Assembly (NCBI GenBank): GCA_030145485.1
Contig: JAQYVP010000084.1
Location: forward strand, 1,900-65,899
Direction of reading: 5' to 3'
Length of the DNA: 64,000 nt
DNA from: Chromatiales bacterium
GTDB lineage: Bacteria; Pseudomonadota; Gammaproteobacteria; Chromatiales; Chromatiaceae
The notes under the pieces are model-generated. The model was given only the letters and a program-made list of their open reading frames with translations, was not told the DNA's origin and did no database searches. Of the stretch, positions 50,799 through 60,201 are shown in pieces (position 1 is the stretch's first letter; every line of letters starts with the position of its first letter). A program made the position numbers and the translations under genes.

Positions 50799-51665
50799 TT
50801 AGTTGTATAGAAATTCTGACCAGCGTCCATTGTTAAGCAGTTCTCTTTTTAAATCGCTCCAGGCTTGCACAGACCCTGCCTTTTTTGCCATGATTCTATC
50901 TGTCGCATCAGCCGTTTTTTGCAAGCCGGCGAGATAGACGTAGGTATTGGGTTGGTTCAGCAATTCCCATGCTTCATCGATGTGCGAGCTGATAGATTGT
51001 TCCAGAGCATCTTTTTCATCGGAGAGAGGTCTATCAGATAAAGCATTGAATGCTTTGAAAGTCTCTTCATCGTAGTAGTTGGAGAGGTCGTTATTCTGGT
51101 CGTTCATATACAACAGATCCATGCCATTGCGCGCTCCGTAGAACAGCCGTACCTGGCCTTTCCATTCGACACCTTTCTGGTAGATACGCTGTATAAGAGA
51201 GCGGAAAGGGGCGATGCCTGTTCCTGTGCCAATCATCAGCAGATTAGCCTCAGTGGAGGCTGGGATTTTGAATATGCTTTTATAGGGGCCTGTTAGACTG
51301 AGTTTCTGCCCAGGGCGAGCGTCGCACAAATAATTTGAAGCAATACCCGGGTATTGTTCACCGTTGAATTCATCAATATAGAAACAACGGCGCACCAGGA
51401 TCGAGATCTCTATATCTTCTTGCAGTGGTCTGTTTTGAGCATTTGTAATGGAATAGCGACGCAAATGCGGTCGGCTGCCAAAAGCCTTGTCTCCATCGAC
51501 AACGATGCCTATGGTCTGCCCGGCAAGAGCACGAAAGGCTGGATCATCAACAACCATTTTGATTTCTCGTACTTCATCGGTTTCCGGGGAAGTAATCCGC
51601 GTGGTCTCCACCAGAACAGCTTTCACCGTTGAATTGAGATCCGGCTCATTTAAATTTACATTCAT
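50799..51665 (-). CDS. Plant-type ferredoxin-NADP+ reductase-like flavoenzyme
   Basis: FAD motif RRYSITN, NAD(P)-binding MIGTGTGIAPFRS, aromatic residue near the C-terminus (FLYN). Start set at the Met of MNVNLN. Confidence 0.75.
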   Translation of the reverse strand: MNVNLNEPDLNSTVKAVLVETTRITSPETDEVREIKMVVDDPAFRALAGQTIGIVVDGDKAFGSRPHLRRYSITNAQNRPLQEDIEISILVRRCFYIDEFNGEQYPGIASNYLCDARPGQKLSLTGPYKSIFKIPASTEANLLMIGTGTGIAPFRSLIQRIYQKGVEWKGQVRLFYGARNGMDLLYMNDQNNDLSNYYDEETFKAFNALSDRPLSDEKDALEQSISSHIDEAWELLNQPNTYVYLAGLQKTADATDRIMAKKAGSVQAWSDLKRELLNNGRWSEFLYN

Positions 51666-51769
51666 GATTTTAGGTTCCACAATTGATTCATATGCCAACA
51701 TACGTTGAGCAACAAGTCCCACGAAAAGAATAAACCTCACAATGAACAAAGTCCACTGTTGAACATCCA

Positions 51770-51940
51770 GGAGGCTGTCCGAGAATACGAAGACCTACTG
51801 CGGCAACACCCTTTTGGCCAGATTATCCGTCTTCAGCGTTGCAGCAAGAGTTACATAACGCTGCTATGCACTTCTTGCTGCGCTTTGAATACGAACAACA
51901 TAGCAGCACGATATTGGTGACATATTTTTTGGAGAACTGC
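51770..51940 (+). mobile_element. MITE family E, copy E3
   Basis: Central segment GCAGCAAGAGTTACATAACGCTGCT and right terminus GACATATTTTTTGGAGAACTGC match E1. The right end abuts the LysR stop codon, sharing one nucleotide with it. Confidence 0.7.
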
Positions 51941-52884
51941 TAACTCTGATCCGTTTCGTGCAGATGCCGGGTAAAAAATACGGGGTCGGCCATGTCGATG
52001 AAGGCCTTCGTCTGCGGATTGAGAAATTTGCCGCGACGTACGACCACTCCGTATGAGCGTTTGGGGATATAGGCATCCAGTGGACGCGCAGCCAGCAATT
52101 CATCACCTGTCAGGCATACGCCTGATACGATCGATATCCCCATCTCCAGGGCCACATACTTTTTGATGATCTCCCAGCCACCCGCCTCCAGTGACACCTT
52201 GAACTTTAGTCCATGCTGACTGAAAACCAGCTCCAGCATACGCCAGGTCGCCAGGTGTCGGGGCGGAAGAATCAGGCCGTAAGCACAGATATCCTTGAGG
52301 ATGAGGTTTTTTTTTGTTGCCAACGGGTGATCGGGTGGTGTAATCAGGACAGGGCTGTAGGCCATGGAGGGGCGGTAGATGATGTCGTCCGGCACATCCA
52401 GCATGGAGCCCACCGCCAGATCTGCTTTATCTGCACGCAGCATGGACATGCCATCCCGCCCGGTGACATTGTGCAGCTTCAGTTGAATTCCTGGGTAGGC
52501 GGCGGAAAAGCGTTTGATGAATTTCGGCAGGATATAGAGAATAGTGGATTCACCGGCGGCGATGTTCAGCTGCCCATGATCCAGCCGTCCGAAATGGGCA
52601 TGAAAATTATCCTCCAGACCTTCGATGCCATCAACCAGTGGTTGGGCTATCTGTAGCAGCACCATTCCTTCAGGTGTCAGAGATATTTTTGGCCCGCGGC
52701 GTTCAAACAGAGTGATTTCCATCTCCCGTTCCAGCGCCTGAATCTGCAGGGTTACCGTAGGCTGGCTCTGGAACAATGCCTCTGCCGCCTGGGAGACGCT
52801 GCCTGTTTTTGCCGCCATGCAGAAGGCGCGCAACTGCTTCAGATGGTTTTGCTTGTAGTACAGCTGTCCGGATTTCCCGCTCAT
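51940..52884 (-). CDS. LysR-family transcriptional regulator
   Basis: N-terminal wHTH (LRAFCMAAKTGSVSQAAEALFQSQPTVTLQIQALE) plus a LysR substrate domain. Divergent from rnfB. Confidence 0.9.
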   Translation of the reverse strand: MSGKSGQLYYKQNHLKQLRAFCMAAKTGSVSQAAEALFQSQPTVTLQIQALEREMEITLFERRGPKISLTPEGMVLLQIAQPLVDGIEGLEDNFHAHFGRLDHGQLNIAAGESTILYILPKFIKRFSAAYPGIQLKLHNVTGRDGMSMLRADKADLAVGSMLDVPDDIIYRPSMAYSPVLITPPDHPLATKKNLILKDICAYGLILPPRHLATWRMLELVFSQHGLKFKVSLEAGGWEIIKKYVALEMGISIVSGVCLTGDELLAARPLDAYIPKRSYGVVVRRGKFLNPQTKAFIDMADPVFFTRHLHETDQS

Positions 52885-53014
52885 AGATCGACTGCTCTTC
52901 CTGGTAGTATTAAAAAATTGAATACATTAAATTTAAACTATATTCTTGATTAATGCTATGACTATCGACTAAATTCTGATACATGCGTAATGGTTTATCT
53001 GGTATACGGAGACT

Positions 53015-53893
53015 ATGTTCGCCATCGACATTTCAAATATCGGCGTAACTATCGCTTTCATGAGCGTGCTGGGACTCGTTTTGTCGGGAGTGCTTGCAAT
53101 TGCCAACCGCAAGCTGTGGGTTTACGAGGATCCGCGTATCGATGAAGTTGAAGAACTGCTGCCTAAAACCAATTGCGGCGCCTGTGGTACTGCCGGCTGC
53201 CGCCCCTTTGCCGAGGCGCTTATTCAGGGGGAGTTGACTCCGGCCAACTGCACCGTCAGCTCCAGCGAGGAGATCGACGAGATCGCAGAATATCTGGGTG
53301 TAGAGGCTGGTGATGTCGTGAAACGGGTCGCCAGGCTCGCCTGTGCCGGAGGCGCCCATGTTGCTCGACAGAGGGCTCACTATGATGGACTTGAATCCTG
53401 CCGCGCTGCCGCCATGGTCGCCGGAGGACCCAAGAGCTGCAGCTGGGGTTGCCTGGGCATGGCGGACTGCGAAGATGTATGCGACCTCGATGCCATCACC
53501 ATGGATCAGCATGGCCTCCCTGTTGTGAACACAGCAAAATGTACCGCCTGTGAGGATTGTGTGGACATTTGCCCCAAAGGGTTGTTTTCCATTCAGCCGA
53601 TAACCCATCGGCTGTGGGTGGCCTGTAATAATTTGCTGCACGATGAAGAGGCGGAATCAGAGTGTGAAGTGGCATGCACGGGCTGCGAAAAATGTGCAAA
53701 GGATGCACCCGATGGTCTGATAGAGATCCGGGATAACCTTGCCCGCATCGATTATTCAAAAAACAGTCTGGCTTCCCCGATACCCATCGAGCGCTGCCCC
53801 ACCGGCGCTATCGTGTGGCTGGATGAAGTGAAAGGGATGCGAAAAGGCATCGAGGCCAAGCACATCATCCGTGAAGAAGCCCTTCCACTGTAG
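53015..53893 (+). CDS. rnfB: Rnf complex subunit B, extended polyferredoxin form
   Basis: N-terminal TM helix; RnfB-type CGACGTAGCRPFAEA cluster domain; several further Cys clusters including the canonical CTACEDCVDICP. 292 aa. Confidence 0.85.
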   Translation: MFAIDISNIGVTIAFMSVLGLVLSGVLAIANRKLWVYEDPRIDEVEELLPKTNCGACGTAGCRPFAEALIQGELTPANCTVSSSEEIDEIAEYLGVEAGDVVKRVARLACAGGAHVARQRAHYDGLESCRAAAMVAGGPKSCSWGCLGMADCEDVCDLDAITMDQHGLPVVNTAKCTACEDCVDICPKGLFSIQPITHRLWVACNNLLHDEEAESECEVACTGCEKCAKDAPDGLIEIRDNLARIDYSKNSLASPIPIERCPTGAIVWLDEVKGMRKGIEAKHIIREEALPL

Positions 53894-53914
53894 ATTTAAG
53901 CGAGGATTAATTCC

Positions 53915-56900
53915 ATGAATTTTGGCAAAAAAGCACCCAAGAGTTTCAAGTATCCTGGCAAGCGCATGGCGATGGACGGCAACACAGCGGTGATCATGTG
54001 TGAGCGCGAAGCATCTGATGCGGCCGGCGCCTATCCCATCACGCCGTCTACGCAGATGGGTGAATACTGGGCCGAGGAGACAGCCAAGGGTCATGTGAAT
54101 ATCTCCAACCGCGCACTGATTTTCGTCGAACCGGAGTCTGAACATGCGGCAGCGGCAGTTACCGCAGGTATGTCCATGACTGGTCTGCGTGCCGCCAATT
54201 TCTCCTCTTCCCAGGGGGTGGCGTTCATGCATGAATCCCTGTATGCCGCAGCGGGAAAACGCTTGCCCTATGTGCTTAATATGGGTTGCCGCGCGATTAC
54301 CAAGGCCAGTCTCAATGTGCATTGCGGGCATGATGATTTTCACTGTGTCGATGATACGGGTTTCTTCCAGCTGTTCGCCAACGATGCCCAGGGGGCGGCA
54401 GATCTGAATTTGATCGGACGCAAGATTGCCGAATATGCGCTCACTCCCGCTGTGGTGGCGCAGGACGGTTTCCTCACCACCCATCTGATTGAACCGCTGC
54501 AGGTGCCGGAGCGTGAACTTATCGATGAGTATCTGGGGCGTCCGGATGACGAGATCGAATGCCCCACACCTGCCCAGCGTATATTGTTCGGTCCGAAGCG
54601 CAGGCGTATACCTGCAATCTGGGATGTGGACAAGCCGATGTTGTCGGGTTCCGTGCAGAACCAGGATGCCTTTATGCAGACTACGGCAGCCCAACGACCC
54701 TATTTCTACGATCATATTGGCAGCATCGCCGAGCAGATGATGGAGGAGTTTTATGAGCTTACCGGGCGCCGTTATGGCCGTATCACCACCTGGAATACGG
54801 ATAAAGCTGACTATGTGATCGTCGGTATGGGCTCCATGCTGGTGCAGGCCCAGGCTGTAGCTGAGTATCTGAAAAAGAGCCGCAAGCTGAAGGTGGGCGT
54901 CCTGGATGTCACCATGTTCCGGCCATTCCCCGGCGATCTTATCAGCAAGGCGCTGAAGGGTAAGAGAGGTGTGGCGGTTCTGGAGCGTACGGATCAGCCG
55001 TTGGCGGAAGATCTGCCTCTGATGCGCGAGGTGCGCGCTGCTATCTCCAAGAGTATCGAAAATGGCCAGAGCGAAGCTGAGCTTCCTTGGCCGGAGTATG
55101 CAACCTATGGCGGGTTCAAGGATTTCCCGCAACTCTACTCCGGCGCCTATGGTCTGGGTTCACGTGATCTGCAGCCGGAAGGCATCATCGGCGCCATCGA
55201 GAACATGCTGCCGGATGGCGGCAGGAAAAAGTTCTACTATCTGGGCATAGATTTCGTGCGTGAGCCTGCAAATCCAAAGCAGGAAGTCTATATCCAGGAT
55301 CTGCAGGAAGCCTATCCGAATATCGGCAGTCTCAGCATTCGGGGTTCTGAAAATCCCGATCTCATGCCGGAAAACTCCATCACGGTGCGCATGCACTCTG
55401 TTGGCGGTTGGGGCGCCATCACTACCGGCAAGAACCTGGCGATGACCCTGTATGATCTGCTTGGTTTCGAGATCCGCGCCAATCCAAAATATGGTTCGGA
55501 AAAGAAAGGCCAGCCGACGACCTATTACCTGGCTGCTGCGCCCGAGCGCATCCCGCTCAATTGTGAGTATCATTTTGTGGATGTGGTCATCTCACCTGAT
55601 CCCAACGTATTCGGCCATTCCGACCCGCTTTCCGGTCTGAAAAAGGGAGGGGTGTTTATCATCCAGTCCACTCTCAGCGAGGAGGAGTTGTGGGCCAGTT
55701 TTTCGCGCCGGGCGCAGCAGTTCATTATTGACAACGAGATTAAGGTATTCAGCATCGATGGATTCAAGATAGCACGTGAGGAGGCCAGCAACCCGGAGCT
55801 GCAACTGCGTATGCAGGGCAACGCATTTCAGGGAGCCTTCTTTGCCGCCTCCCCATTGATGGAGATGGCGGGGCTGGACGAAAAGAAACTGTTCGCCACT
55901 ATTGAAACACAGCTAAACGCCAAATTCGGCGCCAAGGGTAAGCGTGTAGTGGAAGACAACCTGCGGGTGGTGAGAAGGGGATTTGATGAAGCCAGGGAGA
56001 TTAGCCACAGCCAGGCGGTTACCAGCCAGCAGCAACAGATAAAGAGCGCATCACTGCCGGTGATGCTCAAGCATATGCCCGAGGGTGATGGTGGGATCAG
56101 TGATGTCCATCGTTTCTGGGAGCAGACAGGTAGTTTCTATGCGTCTGGCCAGGGTTCGGAGAACCTGGCCGATCCGTTCCAGGCTTTGTCGCTCATTCCC
56201 GCCGCTACCGGCGTTTTTCGGGATATGACCAACATCCGTTTTGACTACCCGCAGTGGATCGCTGAAAACTGCACCGCCTGCGGCGACTGCTACACCCTTT
56301 GTCCGGACAGCTCTATTCCGGGACTGGTGAATTCCGTGAGCGAGGTTTTCAACACGGCAATTGTGCGGGTGGAAACCGGAGGTATACCCACGCAGTATCT
56401 GCGACGCGGCAGTCGTGAGGTGGAAAAACGCCTGCGTGAGCTGCTCAATGAAGCGGGTGAAGAGGCTGAAGTACGCACCCTGCTGGATCAGGCGGTGCTT
56501 GAACACCTCGCTGCAGCAGATGTGCAGGAAGAGAAGAAGGCGCTCATGGAGCAGGAGTTCGCACGTTTTCTGGAAGCCCTTGGCGGGTTTGATTTCTCCA
56601 TAACCAAGCCCTACTGGAACGTCAAGGAGAAGAAGAGCAAAGGCTCGGGCGGTCTGTTTTCCATCACCATCAACCCATACACCTGCAAGGGGTGCATGGA
56701 GTGTGTGGATGTGTGTGATGATGATGCGCTTCGCGCTACGCCGCAGGATCAGGATGCAGTGGAGAAACTGCGCGCAGACTGGAAACTGTGGCTGGATTTG
56801 CCAACCACCAGTGAGGCCTACAGCCGCATCGATGATCTGGATGAAAAAATCGGCGCCCTGGAAACCCTGCTGCTGGACAAGGAGGCCTACCAGTCTATGG

Positions 56901-58843
56901 TGTGCGGCGACGGCGCCTGTGTGGGTTGTGGTGAAAAGACTATCATCCATCTGTTCACCGGAACGGTCTCCAAACTCATGCAGCCGCGTGTGGCGCGGCA
57001 GCTTGCCACACTGGATGATCTCATCGGGCGTCTTGAGCAGCACATCCGTTTGAAGCTGGCTGAAGGTGTGGATCTGACAGATACATCAGCGCTGCTGCAT
57101 GCCGCTGATGAAGCCGAAGGTGATCTCTCCCTGGCTAGGTTGTCAGACTCCCTGGATCCCGGCCATGAATCAACCCTGGTCGACAAGAGCTGGCTGAAAT
57201 GGGCGACAGGGGTGCTGGAGCAACTGCGGGATCTGCGCTGGTGTTATGTGGAAGGCCCGACCGGAAACGGCAGGGCGGCCATGGGTATCGTCAATTCAAC
57301 AGGCTGTACCTCCGTGTGGGGATCCACCTATCCATTCAATCCCTATCCTTTTCCCTGGGCCAGTCATCTGTTCCAGGATAGTCCCTCCATGGCGATGGGG
57401 CTGTTTGAAGGCCATATGGCAAAGATGGCTGATGGCTTCAGGGCAATCCGCATGGCGGAACTGGAGCTGAACGGCAAATACAACTCTGCGGAACATGAGG
57501 CCTGGTTCCAGCAGTTCAACTGGAAGGATTTCTCTCAGGATGAGTGGGAGTTGTGTCCGCCTGTCGTCTCTATTGGTGGCGACGGGGCGATGTATGATAT
57601 CGGCTTCCAAAATCTCTCACGCGCATTGGCTTCCGGCATGCCGATCAAGGTGCTGGTGCTGGATACCCAGGTCTATTCCAATACCGGTGGCCAGGCCTGT
57701 ACTTCCGGTTTCATTTCCCAGGTGGCGGATATGAGCCCCTATGGCAAGGCGATGAAAGGCAAAGAGGAGATCCGCAAGGAGATCTCTCTCATCGGCCTGG
57801 CGCATCGCACCAGTTTTGTGCTGCAGGGAGCGATCAACAATGTGACGCATCTGCTGGAAGGCTTTATCGACGGTCTCAACAGCCGCCGTCCCGCATTGTT
57901 CAATATCTATGCTGTGTGCCAGCCCGAGCATGGCGTCGCAGATGATGCTTCCGCCCGCCAGTCAAAAATGGCTGTAGAGTCACGCGCTTATCCATTGATG
58001 CGCTTCGACCCGGACGCCGGTGTGACCATCGAGGAGTGTCTGGAGTTGGAGGGCAATCCCGCCATGGAGCAGGACTGGCCTGATTATGCGCTCAATTTTG
58101 TGGATGAGAGTGGTAAGGAGTGCAGTATGAAGCTGCCTATGACCTTTGCCGATTTTGCCGCCACCGAAGGGCGTTTCCGCAAGCAGTTCCGGATTGCGCC
58201 GCCGGATACCTGGAGTGACGAGATGGCGCCGTTGCATGAATATCTGGATATGGACGAGGATGATCGGCAGGAGAGTTTTCCCTATATCTGGGGCGTGGAT
58301 GGCAAAAATCGTCTCATCCGTATTATCTGTTCTGCTGAAATGGTGCTCGCTTGTGAGGAGCGGCGCTCCTTCTGGCATCAGCTCAAAGGCATCGCAGGTG
58401 AACTCAACCTGGTGGATGTGGATTCGCTGGTGCAGCAGGCCAAGGTGGAGATGGCAAATCGCCTCAGCTCCACGCTGCTTTCACTGGCGGCTTCCGGCGA
58501 TGCCGGCGCCTTGACAGATGGCTTTTCAACAGAGACTATGGCAGTGCCTGGCGGCAATGGAAGCGCAGGCGGGAACGGGGCGGAAGCACCGGATTACGAG
58601 CCTGTGTGGATAGAGACGCCTGAATGCACGGCTTGTGACGAGTGCACCGAAATTGCTCCCAAAACTTTTGTCTACAATGACGACAAGCTGGCGACGGTGA
58701 GCAATCCCAAGGGAGGCAGTTATAAAGATATCGTACGCGCCGCCGAGAAATGCACCGCCGGCTGTCTGCATCCGGGAACCCCCTGGAACATGGCGGAAAA
58801 AGATATCGACAAGCTGATCAAGCGCGCCGAAAAATATCAATAA
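53915..58843 (+). CDS. Giant 2-oxoacid(pyruvate):ferredoxin oxidoreductase with C-terminal ferredoxin domain
   Basis: 1642 aa. Contains YPITPST, a gamma-domain GGWG region, a split ferredoxin domain (CTACGDCYTLCP ... CKGCMECVDVCD), CVGCGE, the TPP motif GGDGAMYDIGF...SNTGGQ, and a terminal CTACDEC...C ferredoxin module. Confidence 0.9.
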   Translation: MNFGKKAPKSFKYPGKRMAMDGNTAVIMCEREASDAAGAYPITPSTQMGEYWAEETAKGHVNISNRALIFVEPESEHAAAAVTAGMSMTGLRAANFSSSQGVAFMHESLYAAAGKRLPYVLNMGCRAITKASLNVHCGHDDFHCVDDTGFFQLFANDAQGAADLNLIGRKIAEYALTPAVVAQDGFLTTHLIEPLQVPERELIDEYLGRPDDEIECPTPAQRILFGPKRRRIPAIWDVDKPMLSGSVQNQDAFMQTTAAQRPYFYDHIGSIAEQMMEEFYELTGRRYGRITTWNTDKADYVIVGMGSMLVQAQAVAEYLKKSRKLKVGVLDVTMFRPFPGDLISKALKGKRGVAVLERTDQPLAEDLPLMREVRAAISKSIENGQSEAELPWPEYATYGGFKDFPQLYSGAYGLGSRDLQPEGIIGAIENMLPDGGRKKFYYLGIDFVREPANPKQEVYIQDLQEAYPNIGSLSIRGSENPDLMPENSITVRMHSVGGWGAITTGKNLAMTLYDLLGFEIRANPKYGSEKKGQPTTYYLAAAPERIPLNCEYHFVDVVISPDPNVFGHSDPLSGLKKGGVFIIQSTLSEEELWASFSRRAQQFIIDNEIKVFSIDGFKIAREEASNPELQLRMQGNAFQGAFFAASPLMEMAGLDEKKLFATIETQLNAKFGAKGKRVVEDNLRVVRRGFDEAREISHSQAVTSQQQQIKSASLPVMLKHMPEGDGGISDVHRFWEQTGSFYASGQGSENLADPFQALSLIPAATGVFRDMTNIRFDYPQWIAENCTACGDCYTLCPDSSIPGLVNSVSEVFNTAIVRVETGGIPTQYLRRGSREVEKRLRELLNEAGEEAEVRTLLDQAVLEHLAAADVQEEKKALMEQEFARFLEALGGFDFSITKPYWNVKEKKSKGSGGLFSITINPYTCKGCMECVDVCDDDALRATPQDQDAVEKLRADWKLWLDLPTTSEAYSRIDDLDEKIGALETLLLDKEAYQSMVCGDGACVGCGEKTIIHLFTGTVSKLMQPRVARQLATLDDLIGRLEQHIRLKLAEGVDLTDTSALLHAADEAEGDLSLARLSDSLDPGHESTLVDKSWLKWATGVLEQLRDLRWCYVEGPTGNGRAAMGIVNSTGCTSVWGSTYPFNPYPFPWASHLFQDSPSMAMGLFEGHMAKMADGFRAIRMAELELNGKYNSAEHEAWFQQFNWKDFSQDEWELCPPVVSIGGDGAMYDIGFQNLSRALASGMPIKVLVLDTQVYSNTGGQACTSGFISQVADMSPYGKAMKGKEEIRKEISLIGLAHRTSFVLQGAINNVTHLLEGFIDGLNSRRPALFNIYAVCQPEHGVADDASARQSKMAVESRAYPLMRFDPDAGVTIEECLELEGNPAMEQDWPDYALNFVDESGKECSMKLPMTFADFAATEGRFRKQFRIAPPDTWSDEMAPLHEYLDMDEDDRQESFPYIWGVDGKNRLIRIICSAEMVLACEERRSFWHQLKGIAGELNLVDVDSLVQQAKVEMANRLSSTLLSLAASGDAGALTDGFSTETMAVPGGNGSAGGNGAEAPDYEPVWIETPECTACDECTEIAPKTFVYNDDKLATVSNPKGGSYKDIVRAAEKCTAGCLHPGTPWNMAEKDIDKLIKRAEKYQ

Positions 58844-58860
58844 CAACACAGGCTACAGGT

Positions 58861-60201
58861 ATGGGCATTTTCAATTTATTTGGCGCAGGCACATTCAGGC
58901 ATGGCGTGCATCCACCGTCACATAAGGCGGCGACTGCACATCAGCCAATCCGGCGATTGCCTTTTCCTGACCACCTGGTTATCCCTCTCAACCAGCACAT
59001 CGGCAAGCCGGCAAAACTGCTGGTGAAAAAAGGGCAGGAGGTGGTGCGTGGCGAACCTCTCGCCAGTGCAGACGGCTTTGTCTCGGTTCCCATTCATGCT
59101 CCGGCCACGGGCCGCATCCGCGATATCAGGCTCATGCCCTCCGCCAGGGGGGAGCAGGCCATGGCGATTATTCTGCATGTCTATGCAGCGGCCACGCAGG
59201 AGGTGTTGTGGCGCAACCCTGTGGATCCTGGCGCACTGGATCCACAGGGGATGATTCAGGCCATTCAGGATACGGGTATGGTGGGACTGGGTGGCGCCGC
59301 ATTCCCCTCCCATGTGAAGCTCTCCATTCCTGAAGAGAAGAGCGTCGATACACTGGTCGTCAATGGTTGTGAATGTGAGCCATACCTGAGCTGCGATCAC
59401 CGCACCATGCTGGAGCATCCACGCGAGCTGATGCGCGGCATTCGTTATGCGATGCAGGCTACCGGAGTCAGCAAGGCGATTGTGGGTGTGGAAGAGAATA
59501 AGATGGATGCAGTGAAACTGCTGCGTGAGCACCTGCATGCGCAGAGCGATATCAGCGTGGAAGCTGTAGAGACGAAATACCCCCAGGGATCGGAAAAGAT
59601 GCTGATCAAATCCCTCATGGGACGGGAAGTTCCTGCCGGAGGAATTCCCCTGGATATCGGCGTAGTCGTGAATAACGTGGGCACCCTGGCTGCCCTCGGC
59701 AAGCTGCTCCCTGTTGGCGAAGGATTGACAGAACGTGTGGTGACGGTTACGGGACCGGGTGTCGAAAAACCGGGCAACTATATTATTCCTCTCGGTACTC
59801 CTATCGGCTATGTACTGAAACAGGTTGGATATATTGGAGGGGAGAATGAATTCATACTGGGCGGCCCCATGATGGGTCCTTCGGTTTCAGACATGGAAAC
59901 CCCTGTGACCAAGGGTACCTCCGGTCTGCTGGTTTTGAATGAACCTGAAATTGAACAGGAGACCCGCCGCATCTGGCCATGCATCAAATGCGGCCGCTGT
60001 CTCAACGCATGCCCCATGCACCTCAATCCGGCGTATCTGGGACTGTTGGCCGCCAAGCGGGAGTATGAAGAGATGGCGCAAACGTATCACCTCAATGACT
60101 GCTTCGAGTGCGGCTGCTGCTCTTATGTCTGCCCCTCCAATATCCCGCTGGTGCAGCACTTCCGCATCGCCAAGGCGATCAACCGCGAACAGGCAGCCTG
60201 A
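58861..60201 (+). CDS. rnfC: Rnf complex subunit C
   Basis: GLGGAAFP NADH/FMN region and two 4Fe-4S motifs (CIKCGRCLNACP, CFECGCCSYVCP). Start set at the Met of MGIFNLFG. Confidence 0.9.
   Translation: MGIFNLFGAGTFRHGVHPPSHKAATAHQPIRRLPFPDHLVIPLNQHIGKPAKLLVKKGQEVVRGEPLASADGFVSVPIHAPATGRIRDIRLMPSARGEQAMAIILHVYAAATQEVLWRNPVDPGALDPQGMIQAIQDTGMVGLGGAAFPSHVKLSIPEEKSVDTLVVNGCECEPYLSCDHRTMLEHPRELMRGIRYAMQATGVSKAIVGVEENKMDAVKLLREHLHAQSDISVEAVETKYPQGSEKMLIKSLMGREVPAGGIPLDIGVVVNNVGTLAALGKLLPVGEGLTERVVTVTGPGVEKPGNYIIPLGTPIGYVLKQVGYIGGENEFILGGPMMGPSVSDMETPVTKGTSGLLVLNEPEIEQETRRIWPCIKCGRCLNACPMHLNPAYLGLLAAKREYEEMAQTYHLNDCFECGCCSYVCPSNIPLVQHFRIAKAINREQAA

Noticed and set aside
53756-55132. 458-aa ORF antisense to the 5' part of the giant OFOR, plus a similar 330-aa ORF at 56051-57043
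   Set aside because: Both overlap a strongly supported coding region on the other strand, have low-complexity Arg/His/Gly-rich composition and carry no recognisable motifs.
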